Positions 25,332-38,564 are shown, numbered from the stretch's first letter. The stretch is 64,000 bases of DNA from an uncultured Actinomycetota bacterium (GCA_963846525.1 CAWJWE010000014.1:37047-101046), one strand, 5' to 3'. Made by a program: numbers and translations. The notes: a model not told the origin generated them from the sequence alone.

Positions 25332-27121
25332 ATGCCCGAGCAGGTCACCGGAGCGCAGAGCCTCGTCCGCTCGCTGGAGTCCGCCGGCGTCGAGACCGTC
25401 TTCGGCATCCCCGGGGGAGCGATCCTCCCGCTCTACGACCCGCTGATGGACTCGTCGCGGATCCGGCACGTCCTGGTGCGCCACGAGCAGGGCGCCGGGC
25501 ACGCGGCCACCGGCTACGCGCAGGCGACCGGCCGGGTCGGGGTCTGCATGGCGACCAGCGGCCCCGGTGCGACCAACCTGGTCACCCCGATCGCGGACGC
25601 CTACATGGACAGCGTCCCGATGGTGGCCGTCACCGGGCAGGTCCCCAGCGCTGCGATCGGCACCGACGCCTTCCAGGAGGCGGACATCCGGGGCATCACG
25701 ATGCCCATCACCAAGCACAACTTCCTGGTCACCGACCCGGCGGAGATCGCGCGCACCGTGGCCGAGGCCTTCCACATCGCCTCGACGGGCCGGCCGGGAC
25801 CGGTGCTGGTGGACGTCGCGAAGGACGCGCTGCAGGCCCTGACCACCTTCGAGTGGCCGGCGTCGGTCGACCTGCCCGGCTACCGGCCGGTCACCAAGCC
25901 GCACGGCAAGCAGATCCGGGAAGCGGCCCGGCTGATGGTCCAGTCCCGCCGGCCGGTGCTGTACGTCGGCGGCGGCGTCCTCAAGGCTCGCGCCTGGGCC
26001 GAGCTCCGCACTCTCGCCGAGCTCACCGGCATCCCGGTCGTGACCACGCTGATGGCCCGCGGCGCCTTCCCGGACAGCCACCCGCTGCACCTGGGTATGC
26101 CGGGCATGCACGGCACGGTCGCCGCCGTCACCGCGCTGCAGAAGTCCGACCTGATCGTCTCGCTCGGTGCTCGCTTCGACGACCGCGTCACCGGCAAGCT
26201 CTCGAGCTTCGCGCCGGACGCCACGGTCATCCACGCCGACATCGACCCTGCCGAGATCTCCAAGAACCGGGTCGCCGACGTGCCGATCGTCGGTGACGCC
26301 CGTGAGGTGATCGCCGAGCTGGTGCTCGCCGTCACCGCCGAGCACGAGGCGGGCAAGCGCGGCGACTACGAGGCCTGGTGGGCCCAGGTCGATCGCTGGC
26401 GCACGACGTACCCGCTCGGCTACGACCAGCCGGCCGACGGGTCGCTCGCCCCGCAGTACGTCATCGAGCGGCTCGGCAAGATCGCCGGCCCGGACGCGCT
26501 CTACGTGGCCGGTGTCGGCCAGCACCAGATGTGGGCCGCGCAGTTCATCTCCTACGAGAACCCGGGCACCTGGCTCAACTCCGGCGGGCTCGGGACCATG
26601 GGGTACGCCGTCCCGGCGGCCATGGGCGCCAAGGCCGGCCGGCCGGACGCGACCGTGTGGGCCATCGACGGCGACGGCTGCTTCCAGATGACCAACCAGG
26701 AGCTCGCCACCTGCGCCATCAACGACATCCCGATCAAGGTCGCCATCATCAACAACGGCACCCTCGGCATGGTCCGCCAGTGGCAGACGCTGTTCTACAA
26801 CCAGAGGTACTCCAACACCGACCTCGGCGGCGCCGGGCGGGAAGCCGCGCGCGGCGGTGGCCGGGTCGAGCACATCCCGGACTTCGTCAAGCTGGCCGAG
26901 GCCTACGGCTGCATCGGGCTGCGGTGCGAGAAGGCCGAGGAGGTCGACGCGACCATCGAGCGCGCGATGGCGATCGACGACCGCCCGGTGGTCGTCGACT
27001 TCACAGTGCACCAGGATGCGATGGTCTGGCCGATGGTCGCGGCCGGGACGAGCAACGACGAGATCCAGGTCGCCCGCGACATGGCACCGCAGTGGGACAC
27101 CGAGGCCGGGGAGACTCGTTC

Positions 27122-27125
<4 letters not shown>
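25332..27125 (+). CDS. ilvB: Acetolactate synthase large subunit.
   Basis: ATG at 25332 with RBS 'gagagagg'. '[12 protein letters not shown]', '[28 protein letters not shown]', a TPP motif and '[16 protein letters not shown]'. The TTG at 25293 in the six-frame track lies in the terminator T-tract and is not used. Confidence 0.95.
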
Positions 27126-29824
<2,699 letters not shown>

Positions 29825-30035
29825 CGTCGTCTCCCCCCAGGGGTTCCTCTCCAGCATGCTCCGGTGCGCCCGGACCTCGCGAGACGATTTCGAGCCCTCG
29901 ACGGCTAGTGAATTCACGCCAACGAGTCGAATGGGGCTACGCCGCCGGGGCTACGCTCGGCCCGCGTGGCGAGGGTTTGAGGCGTGATCGTTCGGAGCAG
30001 ATTGCAGACGCTCGATCGGAACGATCACCTGCGAG

Positions 30036-31724
30036 GTGCCCGTGGACGGCCTGCGCCTGGACATGTCCTGGCTGGACTACCTGATTCTCGGGATGTACTT
30101 CCTGGTGGTCCTCGGCATCGGCTTCGCGGCCCGGCGGAGCATCAAGACCAGCCTCGACTTCTTTCTCTCCGGCCGGTCGCTCCCGGCGTGGGTGACCGGG
30201 CTCGCCTTCATCGCGGCCAACCTCGGCGCGCTCGAGATCCTCGGGATGGCGGCCAACGGCGCCCAGTACGGCGTGGCGACGGCGCACTTCTACTGGATCG
30301 GTGCCGTCCCGGCGATGGTGTTCCTGGGCATCGTGATGATGCCCTTCTACTACGGCTCGAAGGTCCGCAGCGTCCCTGAGTACCTCCGGCTCCGGTTCAA
30401 CCGTCCGACGCACCTGTTCAACGCGATCACGTTCGCCTTCGCGACCGTCCTCATCGCCGGGGTCAACCTCTACGCGCTCGCCATTGTCATCGAGGCTCTC
30501 CTCGGCTGGCCCATCTGGCTGGCGATCGTGGTCGCGGCGGCGTTCGTCCTCGCCTACATCACCCTCGGCGGCCTGTCGTCGGCCATCTACAACGAGGTCC
30601 TCCAGTTCTTCCTCATCATTGCCGGCCTGGTCCCCCTCGTGATCGTGGGCCTGCACGCCAACGGCGGCTGGAACGGCCTGGTCGACAAGGTGACGAGCAA
30701 CGAGAAGGGCGGCGACGGGTTCCTGTCGGCGTGGGGCGGCACGGCGGTGGGTGACGTCAGCAACCCGATGGGGGCCAACTGGATCGCGATCACCCTCGGA
30801 CTCGGCTTCGTCCTGTCGTTCGGCTACTGGACGACGAACTTCGCCGAGGTGCAGCGGGCGCTCTCCGCCAAGGACATGTCCGCGGCCCGGCGGACCCCGC
30901 TCATTGCCGCCTACCCCAAGCTCTTCATCCCGGCGCTGACCATCATCCCCGGCCTCATCGCCCTGGTGGAGTTCCCGAAGCTCGGCGCCGACAAGGGTGA
31001 CTTCCAGTACAACAACGCCATCCCGCTGCTGATGGACAAGTACCTCCCCAACGGGGTCCTCGGGATCGCCGTCACCGCGCTGCTTGCCGCGTTCATGGCC
31101 GGCATGGCGGCCAACGTGTCCGCGTTCAACACGGTGTTCACCTACGACATCTGGCAGGACTACGTCCGCCGCGACCGGCCGGACGAGTACTACCTGCGGA
31201 TCGGTCGCATCGTGACCGTCGTCGGCGTGGTGGTCGGGATCGGCACGGCGTTCATCGCCGCCGGCTACAGCAACATCATGAACTACATCCAGGCGCTCTT
31301 CTCGATCTTCAACGCACCGCTGTTCGCGACCTTCATCATCGGCATGTTCTGGAAGCGGATGACCGGGCCGGCCGGCATCTCCGGGCTCGTCGCCGGCACG
31401 GTGAGCGCCGGCTTCATCTTCGTCACTTCGGAGAGCGGCGTCGACAGCTTCGGCTTCGACGAGCCGCTGCTGTTCACGTTCGGGTCCGCCCTCACCGCGA
31501 GCTTCTGGGGCGCAGTCGTCGCCTTCCTGGCGGACGCCGTCGTGAGCGTCGCCGTCAGCCTCTTCACCGCGCCCAAGACCGAGGCCGAGCTGGAGGGGCT
31601 CGTCTACGGCAGCAAGGTCGAGGGCCGGGACCTCGCCACCGGCGGGGGCTGGTGGCGCTCCCCGGTCGTGCTCGGTGGCGGCGCACTGGTCATCGCGGGC
31701 CTCCTCTACATCCCCTTCGCCTGA
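30036..31724 (+). CDS. Sodium:solute symporter family (SSF) transporter.
   Basis: 13-14 predicted TM segments, SSF signature region 'GRSLPAWVTGLAFIAANLGALEILGMAANGAQYG'. A likelier start is the ATG at 30063. Confidence 0.85.
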   Translation: MPVDGLRLDMSWLDYLILGMYFLVVLGIGFAARRSIKTSLDFFLSGRSLPAWVTGLAFIAANLGALEILGMAANGAQYGVATAHFYWIGAVPAMVFLGIVMMPFYYGSKVRSVPEYLRLRFNRPTHLFNAITFAFATVLIAGVNLYALAIVIEALLGWPIWLAIVVAAAFVLAYITLGGLSSAIYNEVLQFFLIIAGLVPLVIVGLHANGGWNGLVDKVTSNEKGGDGFLSAWGGTAVGDVSNPMGANWIAITLGLGFVLSFGYWTTNFAEVQRALSAKDMSAARRTPLIAAYPKLFIPALTIIPGLIALVEFPKLGADKGDFQYNNAIPLLMDKYLPNGVLGIAVTALLAAFMAGMAANVSAFNTVFTYDIWQDYVRRDRPDEYYLRIGRIVTVVGVVVGIGTAFIAAGYSNIMNYIQALFSIFNAPLFATFIIGMFWKRMTGPAGISGLVAGTVSAGFIFVTSESGVDSFGFDEPLLFTFGSALTASFWGAVVAFLADAVVSVAVSLFTAPKTEAELEGLVYGSKVEGRDLATGGGWWRSPVVLGGGALVIAGLLYIPFA

Positions 31725-31738
31725 CGGGAGATCGAACC

Positions 31739-32059
31739 ATGACGGACTCCGACAACGTGGGTGGGCGGGACGAGGCCATCTCGAGCACGGAGGGCGCAGC
31801 CGACGAGTCGGCTGCCTCCGCGGCGCGGCTGTTCGACATCCGCCGCATCATCGGGGGCCTGTTCACCCTCTACGGCCTGATCCTCTTCGTGGCCGGCCTG
31901 GTCGACGGCGCCGACGCCAGCAAGAAGGCGGCCGGGATCGACATCAACATCTGGACCGGGCTCGGCATGCTGGTCCTCGGCCTGCTGTTCCTGCTCTGGA
32001 TGCGGCTCAACCCGGTCGAGGCTCCGGAGCCCGCTGACGACGAGCGTCCCATGCACTGA
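31739..32059 (+). CDS. Small membrane protein (two TM) downstream of the symporter.
   Basis: ATG 15 nt after the transporter stop. 'LFDIRRIIGGLFTLYGLILFVAGLV...IWTGLGMLVLGLLFLLWM'. Confidence 0.4.
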   Translation: MTDSDNVGGRDEAISSTEGAADESAASAARLFDIRRIIGGLFTLYGLILFVAGLVDGADASKKAAGIDINIWTGLGMLVLGLLFLLWMRLNPVEAPEPADDERPMH

Positions 32060-32102
32060 ACGAGCGGCGAGGGGTCCCGAGAGCCGCCGTTAGGCTGGCG
32101 GC

Positions 32103-33692
32103 GTGACCAAGCCAGTCGTGCTCATCGCCGAAGAGCTCTCGCCCGCCACCATCGACGCCCTCGGCCCCGACTTCGAGGTCCGTCACGTCGACGGGGCCGA
32201 CCGGTCGGCCTTGCTGCCGGCCGTCGTCGACGCCGACGCGCTGCTGGTCCGCAGCGCCACCAAGGTCGACGCCGAGGTGTTGGCCGCGGCCCGCAACCTC
32301 AAGGTGGTGGCCCGGGCCGGGGTCGGTCTGGACAACGTGGACGTCAAGGCGGCCACCTCGGCGGGCGTGATGGTGGTCAACGCCCCGCAGTCGAACATCG
32401 TCAGCGCGGCCGAGCTCGCCGTCGGGCTGCTGCTGGCCGCGGCGCGCCACATCGCTCCGGCCAACGCGGCGCTGCGGCAGGGGGAGTGGCAGCGCAGCAA
32501 GTACTCCGGTGTCGAGCTCTACGAGAAGACCGCCGGCATCGTGGGCCTCGGCCGGATCGGTGCCCTCGTCGCGCAGCGGCTGTCGGCGTTCGGGATGACC
32601 GTGGTCGCCTACGACCCGTTCGTCGCGGCCGGCCGCGCGGCGCAGATGGGCGTGCGTCTCGTCTCGCTCGACGAGCTGCTGCGCACCGCGGACGTCGTGT
32701 CGGTGCACCTGCCGAAGACGCCGGAGACGGTCGGCATCATCGGTGAGGAGCAGCTCGCCACGGTCAAGCCGTCGCTGATCGTCGTCAACGCGGCTCGTGG
32801 TGGCATCGTCGACGAGGCGGCGCTGTTCGCGGCTCTCAAGGAGGGCCGGGTGGCGGCCGCGGGACTGGATGTCTACGCGACCGAGCCGTGCACCGACTCG
32901 CCGCTGTTCGAGCTGGAGAACGTGGTGGCCACCCCGCACCTCGGCGCCAGCACCGACGAGGCGCAGGAGAAGGCCGGTGTGTCGGTGGCCAGGTCGGTCC
33001 GCCTCGCGCTGGCCGGCGACCTGGTGCCGGACGCGGTCAACGTCCAGGGCGGTGTCATCGCCGAGGACGTCCGGCCGGGCATCCCGCTCGCCGAGCACCT
33101 CGGCCGCTTCCTCACCGCGGTCGCGGCCGCGGTGCCCGCACAGCTCGACATCGAGGTCCGCGGCGAGATCACGGCGTACGACGTGCGCGTGCTCGAGCTC
33201 GCCGCCCTCAAGGGCTTGTTCATGGACGTCGTCGAGGACCCGGTCTCCTACGTCAACGCCCCGGTGCTGGCGGACGAGCGCGGTGTCCAGGTGCGGCTCA
33301 CCACCGACGCCGAGTCGCCCGACTACCGCAACCTGGTCACCCTGCGCGGCACCCTCGCGGACGGCAGCCAGGTCTCGGTGTCCGGCACCCTGACCGGCAC
33401 CCGCCACGTCGAGAAGATCGTCGAGATCGACGGCTTCGACGTCGAGGTGGCGCTGTCCGACCATATGGCGGTGTTCCGCTACGAGGACCGGCCCGGCATC
33501 GTCGGCACGGTGGGCCGGGTGCTGGGGGAGGCCGGGGTGAACATCGCCGGCATGCAGGTCAGCCGGGACCGTCGCGGCGGGCACGCCCTGGTCGCGATGA
33601 CTGTCGACAGCGCGATCCCGTCCGGCGTCCTCGACGACATCGTCCGCGAGATCGGTGCCGAGACGGCTCGTCAGGTCGACCTCACCGACTGA
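32103..33692 (+). CDS. serA: D-3-phosphoglycerate dehydrogenase.
   Basis: 529 aa. NAD-binding 'GIVGLGRIGALVAQR', and a C-terminal ASB/ACT domain 'GHALVAMTVDSAIP'. Confidence 0.95.
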   Translation: MTKPVVLIAEELSPATIDALGPDFEVRHVDGADRSALLPAVVDADALLVRSATKVDAEVLAAARNLKVVARAGVGLDNVDVKAATSAGVMVVNAPQSNIVSAAELAVGLLLAAARHIAPANAALRQGEWQRSKYSGVELYEKTAGIVGLGRIGALVAQRLSAFGMTVVAYDPFVAAGRAAQMGVRLVSLDELLRTADVVSVHLPKTPETVGIIGEEQLATVKPSLIVVNAARGGIVDEAALFAALKEGRVAAAGLDVYATEPCTDSPLFELENVVATPHLGASTDEAQEKAGVSVARSVRLALAGDLVPDAVNVQGGVIAEDVRPGIPLAEHLGRFLTAVAAAVPAQLDIEVRGEITAYDVRVLELAALKGLFMDVVEDPVSYVNAPVLADERGVQVRLTTDAESPDYRNLVTLRGTLADGSQVSVSGTLTGTRHVEKIVEIDGFDVEVALSDHMAVFRYEDRPGIVGTVGRVLGEAGVNIAGMQVSRDRRGGHALVAMTVDSAIPSGVLDDIVREIGAETARQVDLTD

Positions 33693-33893
33693 CCAGCCGC
33701 CGGACGCTCCGTCCCAGCATCCGGGACCGGCTGACAACTGGCGAGACAAGTCGCGCGAGCCCGGCCTACCGTCGAACCGTGCGGCAGATCTTCGTACTTC
33801 GTCGCCGCGGCGGGGCCCGCTAGAAGGGCCGGCTCCCCGTCGCGGAGTCCGGCGCTGGCCCGCCACGCGACGTACCTCTTCGAGGAGCCCACG

Positions 33894-34007
33894 ATGACCC
33901 GCACCCACCGCGCGAGCCGCCCGTCCGCCCAGCAGAAGCAGGCGGTCCAGCAGGCCGTGCAGGAAGCCATGGACCGGCGCGACAACGGCGGAGAGACCGG
34001 CCACTGA
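33894..34007 (+). CDS. Possible small ORF (37 aa) coupled to leuB.
   Basis: RBS 'cgaggagcccacgATG'. '[37 protein letters not shown]'. Its TGA lies 2 nt before the leuB GTG. Not in the supplied ORF track (shorter than 60 aa). Confidence 0.3.
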   Translation: MTRTHRASRPSAQQKQAVQQAVQEAMDRRDNGGETGH

Positions 34008-34009
34008 GC

Positions 34010-35075
34010 GTGCCCGTCCCCACCGCGCTGCGGCTCGCCCTGGTCCCCGGCGACGGCATCGGCCCCGAGGTCGTCGCCGAGGCCGTCCGCGTCCTCGACG
34101 CGGTGACCCGCACCCACGAGGTCAAGCTCGAGACCACCGAGTACGACCTCGGTGCCCGGCGCTGGCACGCCACCGGCGAGACCCTGCCCGACGGCGTCCT
34201 CGACGAGCTGCGCGGCCACGACGCGATCTTGCTGGGCGCCGTCGGCGACCCCACCGTGCCGAGCGGGGTGCTCGAGCGGGGCCTGCTGCTCAAGCTGCGG
34301 TTCGCCCTGGACCACCACGTCAACCTGCGGCCCGCGAAGCTCTACCCCGGCGTCACCTCGCCGCTGCGACGAGCAGGCGGTACCGACTCCGACATCGACT
34401 TCCTGGTCGTCCGCGAGGGCACCGAGGGTCCGTACGTCGGCAACGGTGGGGTGGTCCGTGAGGGCGGCCCGCACGAGATCGCCACCGAGGTCAGCATCAA
34501 CACGGCGTACGGCGTCGAGCGGGTCGTCCGGGACGCCTTCCGCCGCGCCGCCGCTCGGCCGCGCCGGCACCTGACGCTCGTGCACAAGACCAACGTCCTG
34601 GTGCACGCCGGCAGTCTCTGGGCGCGCACCGTCGCCCGGGTGGGTGAGGAGTTCCCCGCGGTCAGCACCGACTACCTGCACGTCGACGCCGCCTCGATCT
34701 TCCTGGTGACCCAACCGGAGCGGTTCGACGTGATCGTCACCGACAACCTCTTCGGTGACATCGTCACCGACCTCGCGGCGGCGGTGACCGGAGGCATCGG
34801 GCTCGCCGCCAGCGGCAACCTGGACGTGAGCGGTACCAACCCCTCGATGTTCGAGCCGGTGCACGGCTCCGCGCCGGACATCGCCGGGCACCGGTGTCGC
34901 CGACCCGACGGCGGCGATCCTGTCTGCTGCGCTGCTGCTCGACCAGGTCGGTCTGGGAGCCGCGGCGGCTGCGGTCGAGGCCGCGGTGGTGGCCGACCTC
35001 GCCGAGCGCGGCGACGCCCGCCGCGGCACCGTGGCGGTCGGCGACGCGGTGCTGGCCCGGCTGCAGACCCTCTGA
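34010..35075 (+). CDS. leuB: 3-isopropylmalate dehydrogenase, frameshifted near 34885.
   Basis: '[14 protein letters not shown]', '[26 protein letters not shown]'. A one-base insertion in 'gccgggcacc' shifts the frame; corrected reading ends '...[14 protein letters not shown]' at 35075. Confidence 0.9.
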
Positions 35076-35117
35076 CGCCGGCTGCCTGAGCGGCACGGCG
35101 TCGGATACCGTCGGATC

Positions 35118-36207
35118 ATGAGCGACCTGACCATCGACCTCGCCCCGTCGACCTCGCCGCGCACCGCCGAGGAGCGCGCCGCGCTGCTGCAGGACCCGGG
35201 CTTCGGTCAGGTCTTCACCGACCACATGGTCACCGCGCGCTACTCGCCGGAGGACGGCTGGTACGACGCCCGCCTGACGGCGTACCAGCCGCTCACCCTC
35301 GACCCGGCGACCTCCGCCCTGCACTACGGCCAGGCGATCTTCGAGGGCCTCAAGGCCTACGCCCAGCCGGACCGGTCGGTGGCCCTGTTCCGGCCGGAGC
35401 AGAACGCCCGGCGCTTCCAGCGCTCGGCCCGCCGGCTCGCGATGGCCGAGGTGCCGGAGCAGCTGTTCCTCGACGCCGTGCGCGCCCTGGTCGACGCGGA
35501 CCGCGACTGGGTCCCCACGAAGGAGGGGGAGGCGCTCTACCTGCGGCCGCTCGAGTTCGCGCTCGACCCGTTCCTCGGCGTCCGCCCGTCCCGCGACTAC
35601 CAGTTCATCGTGTTCGCCTCGCCGGCCGGTGCCTACTTCACCGGGGGCGTCCGGCCGGTGTCGGTGTGGCTGTCGACGGAGTACGTCCGGGCGGCGCCCG
35701 GCGGCACCGGCGAGGCGAAGTGCGCCGGGAACTACGCGGCGTCCCTGGTGGCCCAGGCGCAGGCGGCCGAGCAGGGCTGCGACCAGGTCGTCTGGCTCGA
35801 CGCGGTGGAGCACCGCTACGTCGAGGAGATGGGCGGGATGAACCTCTACTTCGTGTACGCCGACGGGCGGCTGGCTCACCCCCGCACTCACCGGGACCCT
35901 GCTGCCGGGCGTGACCCGCGACTCGATCCTGACCCTCGGCGCCGACCTCGGCCTGAAGGTCGAGGAGCGCCGGATCACGACCGAGGAGTGGGAGACCGGC
36001 TGCGCCGACGGAACGATCAGCGAGGTCTTCGCCTGCGGCACGGCCGCGGTCGTGACGCCGGTCGGCGAGGTCAAGCACCGGGGCGGCGGTTTCACGGTGG
36101 CCGACGGGCAGCCCGGCGCGCTGACCATGAAGGTGCGCGAGGCGCTGCTCGGCATCCAGCAGGGGACCGCACCCGACCCGCACGGCTGGATGCAGCGGGT
36201 CGGCTGA
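35118..36207 (+). CDS. ilvE: Branched-chain amino-acid aminotransferase, frameshifted near 35875.
   Basis: 'FGQVFTDHMVTARYSPEDGWYDARLTAYQPLTLDPATSALHYGQAIFEGLKAY' (frame 2), then 'LTGTLLPGVTRDSILTLGADLGLKVEERRITTEEW...' (frame 1, ORF 35911..36207). Confidence 0.9.
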
Positions 36208-36303
36208 CCCGGCCGGTCGACCGCGACGCTCGGGATTTGCCAGGGTCGTCCTCGTTGGGGAGGGTGGATCAACACCCCCGCACCGCCGATGAGAGGAACC
36301 GCC

Positions 36304-36714
36304 ATGACCGCGCCGTACCCCCAGGGCGACGAGACCGAGGCTGTGATCGCCGCCGGCATGGCCGCCGGGGACACGGATGCCGTGATGCGTGCCGTCGCTG
36401 CCAGCGAGGTCGTCGTCCCGCAGGCGCCCGGCGCGGACGACACCGACCTGCCCGACGGGTCGATCTCGCTCCCGGTCATCGAGCAGGACGGGACGTCCTA
36501 CGTACCGGTCTTCACCTCGGAGACCACCATGGCGGCGGCCGCACCGGACATCGAGGACGCCGTGCAGGTCAACGCCGCCGAGCTGGGCGCGAACTGGCCC
36601 TCGGACGACCTGTGGCTCGCCGTGAACCCGGGCACCGAGGACGGCCTCACGTTGCCGCCGGACGCCGTCCGGTCGCTGCCGACCTACACCGACGACGAGC
36701 CCCCCACCGCGTGA
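36304..36714 (+). CDS. SseB-family protein (enhanced-serine-sensitivity-like).
   Basis: 136 aa 'MTAPYPQGDETEAVIAAGMAAGDTDAVMRAVAASEVVVPQ...SYVPVFTSETTMAAAAPD'. Family assignment by resemblance only. Confidence 0.45.
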   Translation: MTAPYPQGDETEAVIAAGMAAGDTDAVMRAVAASEVVVPQAPGADDTDLPDGSISLPVIEQDGTSYVPVFTSETTMAAAAPDIEDAVQVNAAELGANWPSDDLWLAVNPGTEDGLTLPPDAVRSLPTYTDDEPPTA

Positions 36715-36731
36715 GCCCTGCGGCAGTTTCA

Positions 36732-36782
36732 TGATCCACACCGGATCGGTACCACCACGTGTGACCGATCCGGTGTGGATCA
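36732..36782. repeat. Perfect 19-bp inverted repeat (tgatccacaccggatcggt / accgatccggtgtggatca) with a 13-nt spacer.
   Basis: Read directly from the sequence; sits between the SseB-like gene and the cimA/leuA-family gene. Confidence 0.9.
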
Positions 36783-36920
36783 CGGGTTCCTGCCGGTGAC
36801 CGGATGGTGGGACGGTGGTTCCGCGGTCCGGTCATCTGCTGGCACTCTCGACGGTGATGAGCACCGCCCGCTGCATTACGAGCTGAGCGCGCCCGCCGGA
36901 CCACACCGGCCGACGCGCAG

Positions 36921-36952
36921 ACCTCCCGCGACCGCGGGGGGTCTTTTTTGTT
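36921..36952 (+). terminator. Terminator-like GC hairpin plus T-tract 'cccgcgaccgcggggggtcttttttgtt', 10 nt upstream of the cimA/leuA-family start. Possible attenuator.
   Basis: Same 'ggggtttttTgttgg' architecture as the ilvB attenuator. The RBS 'ggggag' and the GTG at 36963 follow immediately. Confidence 0.5.
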
Positions 36953-36962
36953 GGGGAGACAC

Positions 36963-38564
36963 GTGAGCACCGACGACTTCCACGTCTACGACACGACGCT
37001 GCGCGACGGCGCCCAGCAGGAGGGCCTGGCGTTCTCGGTCGAGGACAAGCTCGCGGTCGCCGGGCACCTCGACACCCTCGGCGTCGGGTTCATCGAAGGG
37101 GGCTGGCCGGGCGCCAACCCCAAGGACACGGAGTTCTTCCGGCGGGCTCGGACCGAGCTCGACCTGAAGCATGCGCAGCTCGCCGCGTTCGGCGCGACCC
37201 GCCGACCCGGTGCGAAGGCCGCCGACGACCCCCTGGTGGCCGCCCTGCGGGACTCCGGAGCGGGGGTGGTGACGCTGGTGGCCAAGAGCCACGCCCGGCA
37301 CGTCGAGCTGGCGCTGCGCACCACCCTCGCCGAGAACCTGGCGATGGTGCGCGACTCGGTGAGCCACCTGCGGGCCGAGGGTCGCCGGGTGTTCCTCGAC
37401 GCGGAGCACTTCTTCGACGGCTACGCCAGCGACCCGGCGTACGCCCTGGAGGTGCTGCGCGTCGCCGCGGAGGCGGGTGCCGACGTAGCGGTGCTCTGCG
37501 ACACCAATGGCGGGCGGCTGCCCGACGAGGTGGCCGATGTCGTGCACGCGGTGCGCGACGCGACCTCGGTCCGCCTCGGCATCCACTGCCACAACGATGC
37601 GGGCTGCGCGGTCGCCAACTCGCTGGCCGCGGTCGACGCCGGCGCCACGCACGTGCAGGGCACCCTCAACGGCTACGGCGAGCGCACCGGCAACGCGGAC
37701 ATCCTGACCGTCATCGCCAACCTCGAGCTGAAGCGGGCCCGCCGGGTGCTGCCGGAGGGGCTGCTGCAGGAGGCGACGAGGGTGGCGCACGCGGTGTCCG
37801 AGCTGGCCAACGTGCCGCCGTACAGCCGGCAGCCGTACGTCGGTGCGTCCGCGTTCGCGCACAAGGCCGGCCTGCACGCCAGCGCCGTCCGGGTCGATCC
37901 GATGCTCTACCAGCACGAGCAGCCGGGCGCCGTCGGCAACGACATGCGGATGCTGGTGTCCGACATGGCCGGCCGGGCCTCGATCGAGCTCAAGGGCCGC
38001 GAGCTCGGCTACGACCTGTCCGGCAACGACGAGCTGCTCGGCCGGGTCACCGCGAAGGTCAAGGACATGGAGAGCCGCGGCTACACCTTCGAGGCTGCCG
38101 ACGCGTCCTTCGAGCTGCTGCTGCGCGCCGAGGTCGAGGGCGCCCGGCCGGACTTCTTCGAGATCGAGTCCTGGCGGGTGATCGTCGACGCGCACGCCGA
38201 CCAGACCGACGGGGGCGTCGGGACGGCCGCCGAGGCGACGGTCAAGCTGCGGGCCGGGGGCGAGCGGCTGGTGGCGGTCGGGGAGGGCAACGGCCCCGTC
38301 AACGCGCTCGACCACGCGCTGCGCAGCGCCCTCGGGCACGCCTACCCCGAGCTGACGAAGCTCGAGCTGATCGACTACCGGGTGCGGATCGTCGACGCCG
38401 CGCACGGGACCGACGCCGTCACCCGGGTGCTGGTGGAGACCAGCGACGGCGAGACCTCGTGGGAGACCGTCGGGGTCCACCCGAACATCATCGAGGCGTC
38501 CTGGGAGGCGCTGCTCGACGCGGTGACCTACGGCCTGCTGCGCCACCGAGGCGCGGTCAGCTGA
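36963..38564 (+). CDS. cimA: 2-isopropylmalate synthase / (R)-citramalate synthase family protein (LeuA type-2 / CimA-like).
   Basis: 'FHVYDTTLRDGAQQEGLAFSVEDKLAVAGHLD...GFIEGGWPGANPKD', 'HCHNDAGCAVANSLAAVDAGA', a C-terminal LeuA-dimer regulatory domain. About 534 aa. The cimA-versus-leuA call is uncertain. Confidence 0.85.
   Translation: MSTDDFHVYDTTLRDGAQQEGLAFSVEDKLAVAGHLDTLGVGFIEGGWPGANPKDTEFFRRARTELDLKHAQLAAFGATRRPGAKAADDPLVAALRDSGAGVVTLVAKSHARHVELALRTTLAENLAMVRDSVSHLRAEGRRVFLDAEHFFDGYASDPAYALEVLRVAAEAGADVAVLCDTNGGRLPDEVADVVHAVRDATSVRLGIHCHNDAGCAVANSLAAVDAGATHVQGTLNGYGERTGNADILTVIANLELKRARRVLPEGLLQEATRVAHAVSELANVPPYSRQPYVGASAFAHKAGLHASAVRVDPMLYQHEQPGAVGNDMRMLVSDMAGRASIELKGRELGYDLSGNDELLGRVTAKVKDMESRGYTFEAADASFELLLRAEVEGARPDFFEIESWRVIVDAHADQTDGGVGTAAEATVKLRAGGERLVAVGEGNGPVNALDHALRSALGHAYPELTKLELIDYRVRIVDAAHGTDAVTRVLVETSDGETSWETVGVHPNIIEASWEALLDAVTYGLLRHRGAVS

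Noticed and set aside
36751-36763. 'ggtaccacc' resembling the reverse-complemented T-box core.
   Set aside because: Only a 9-nt match embedded in a perfect palindrome, in the wrong orientation for the downstream gene. No specifier-loop or stem I context could be identified.
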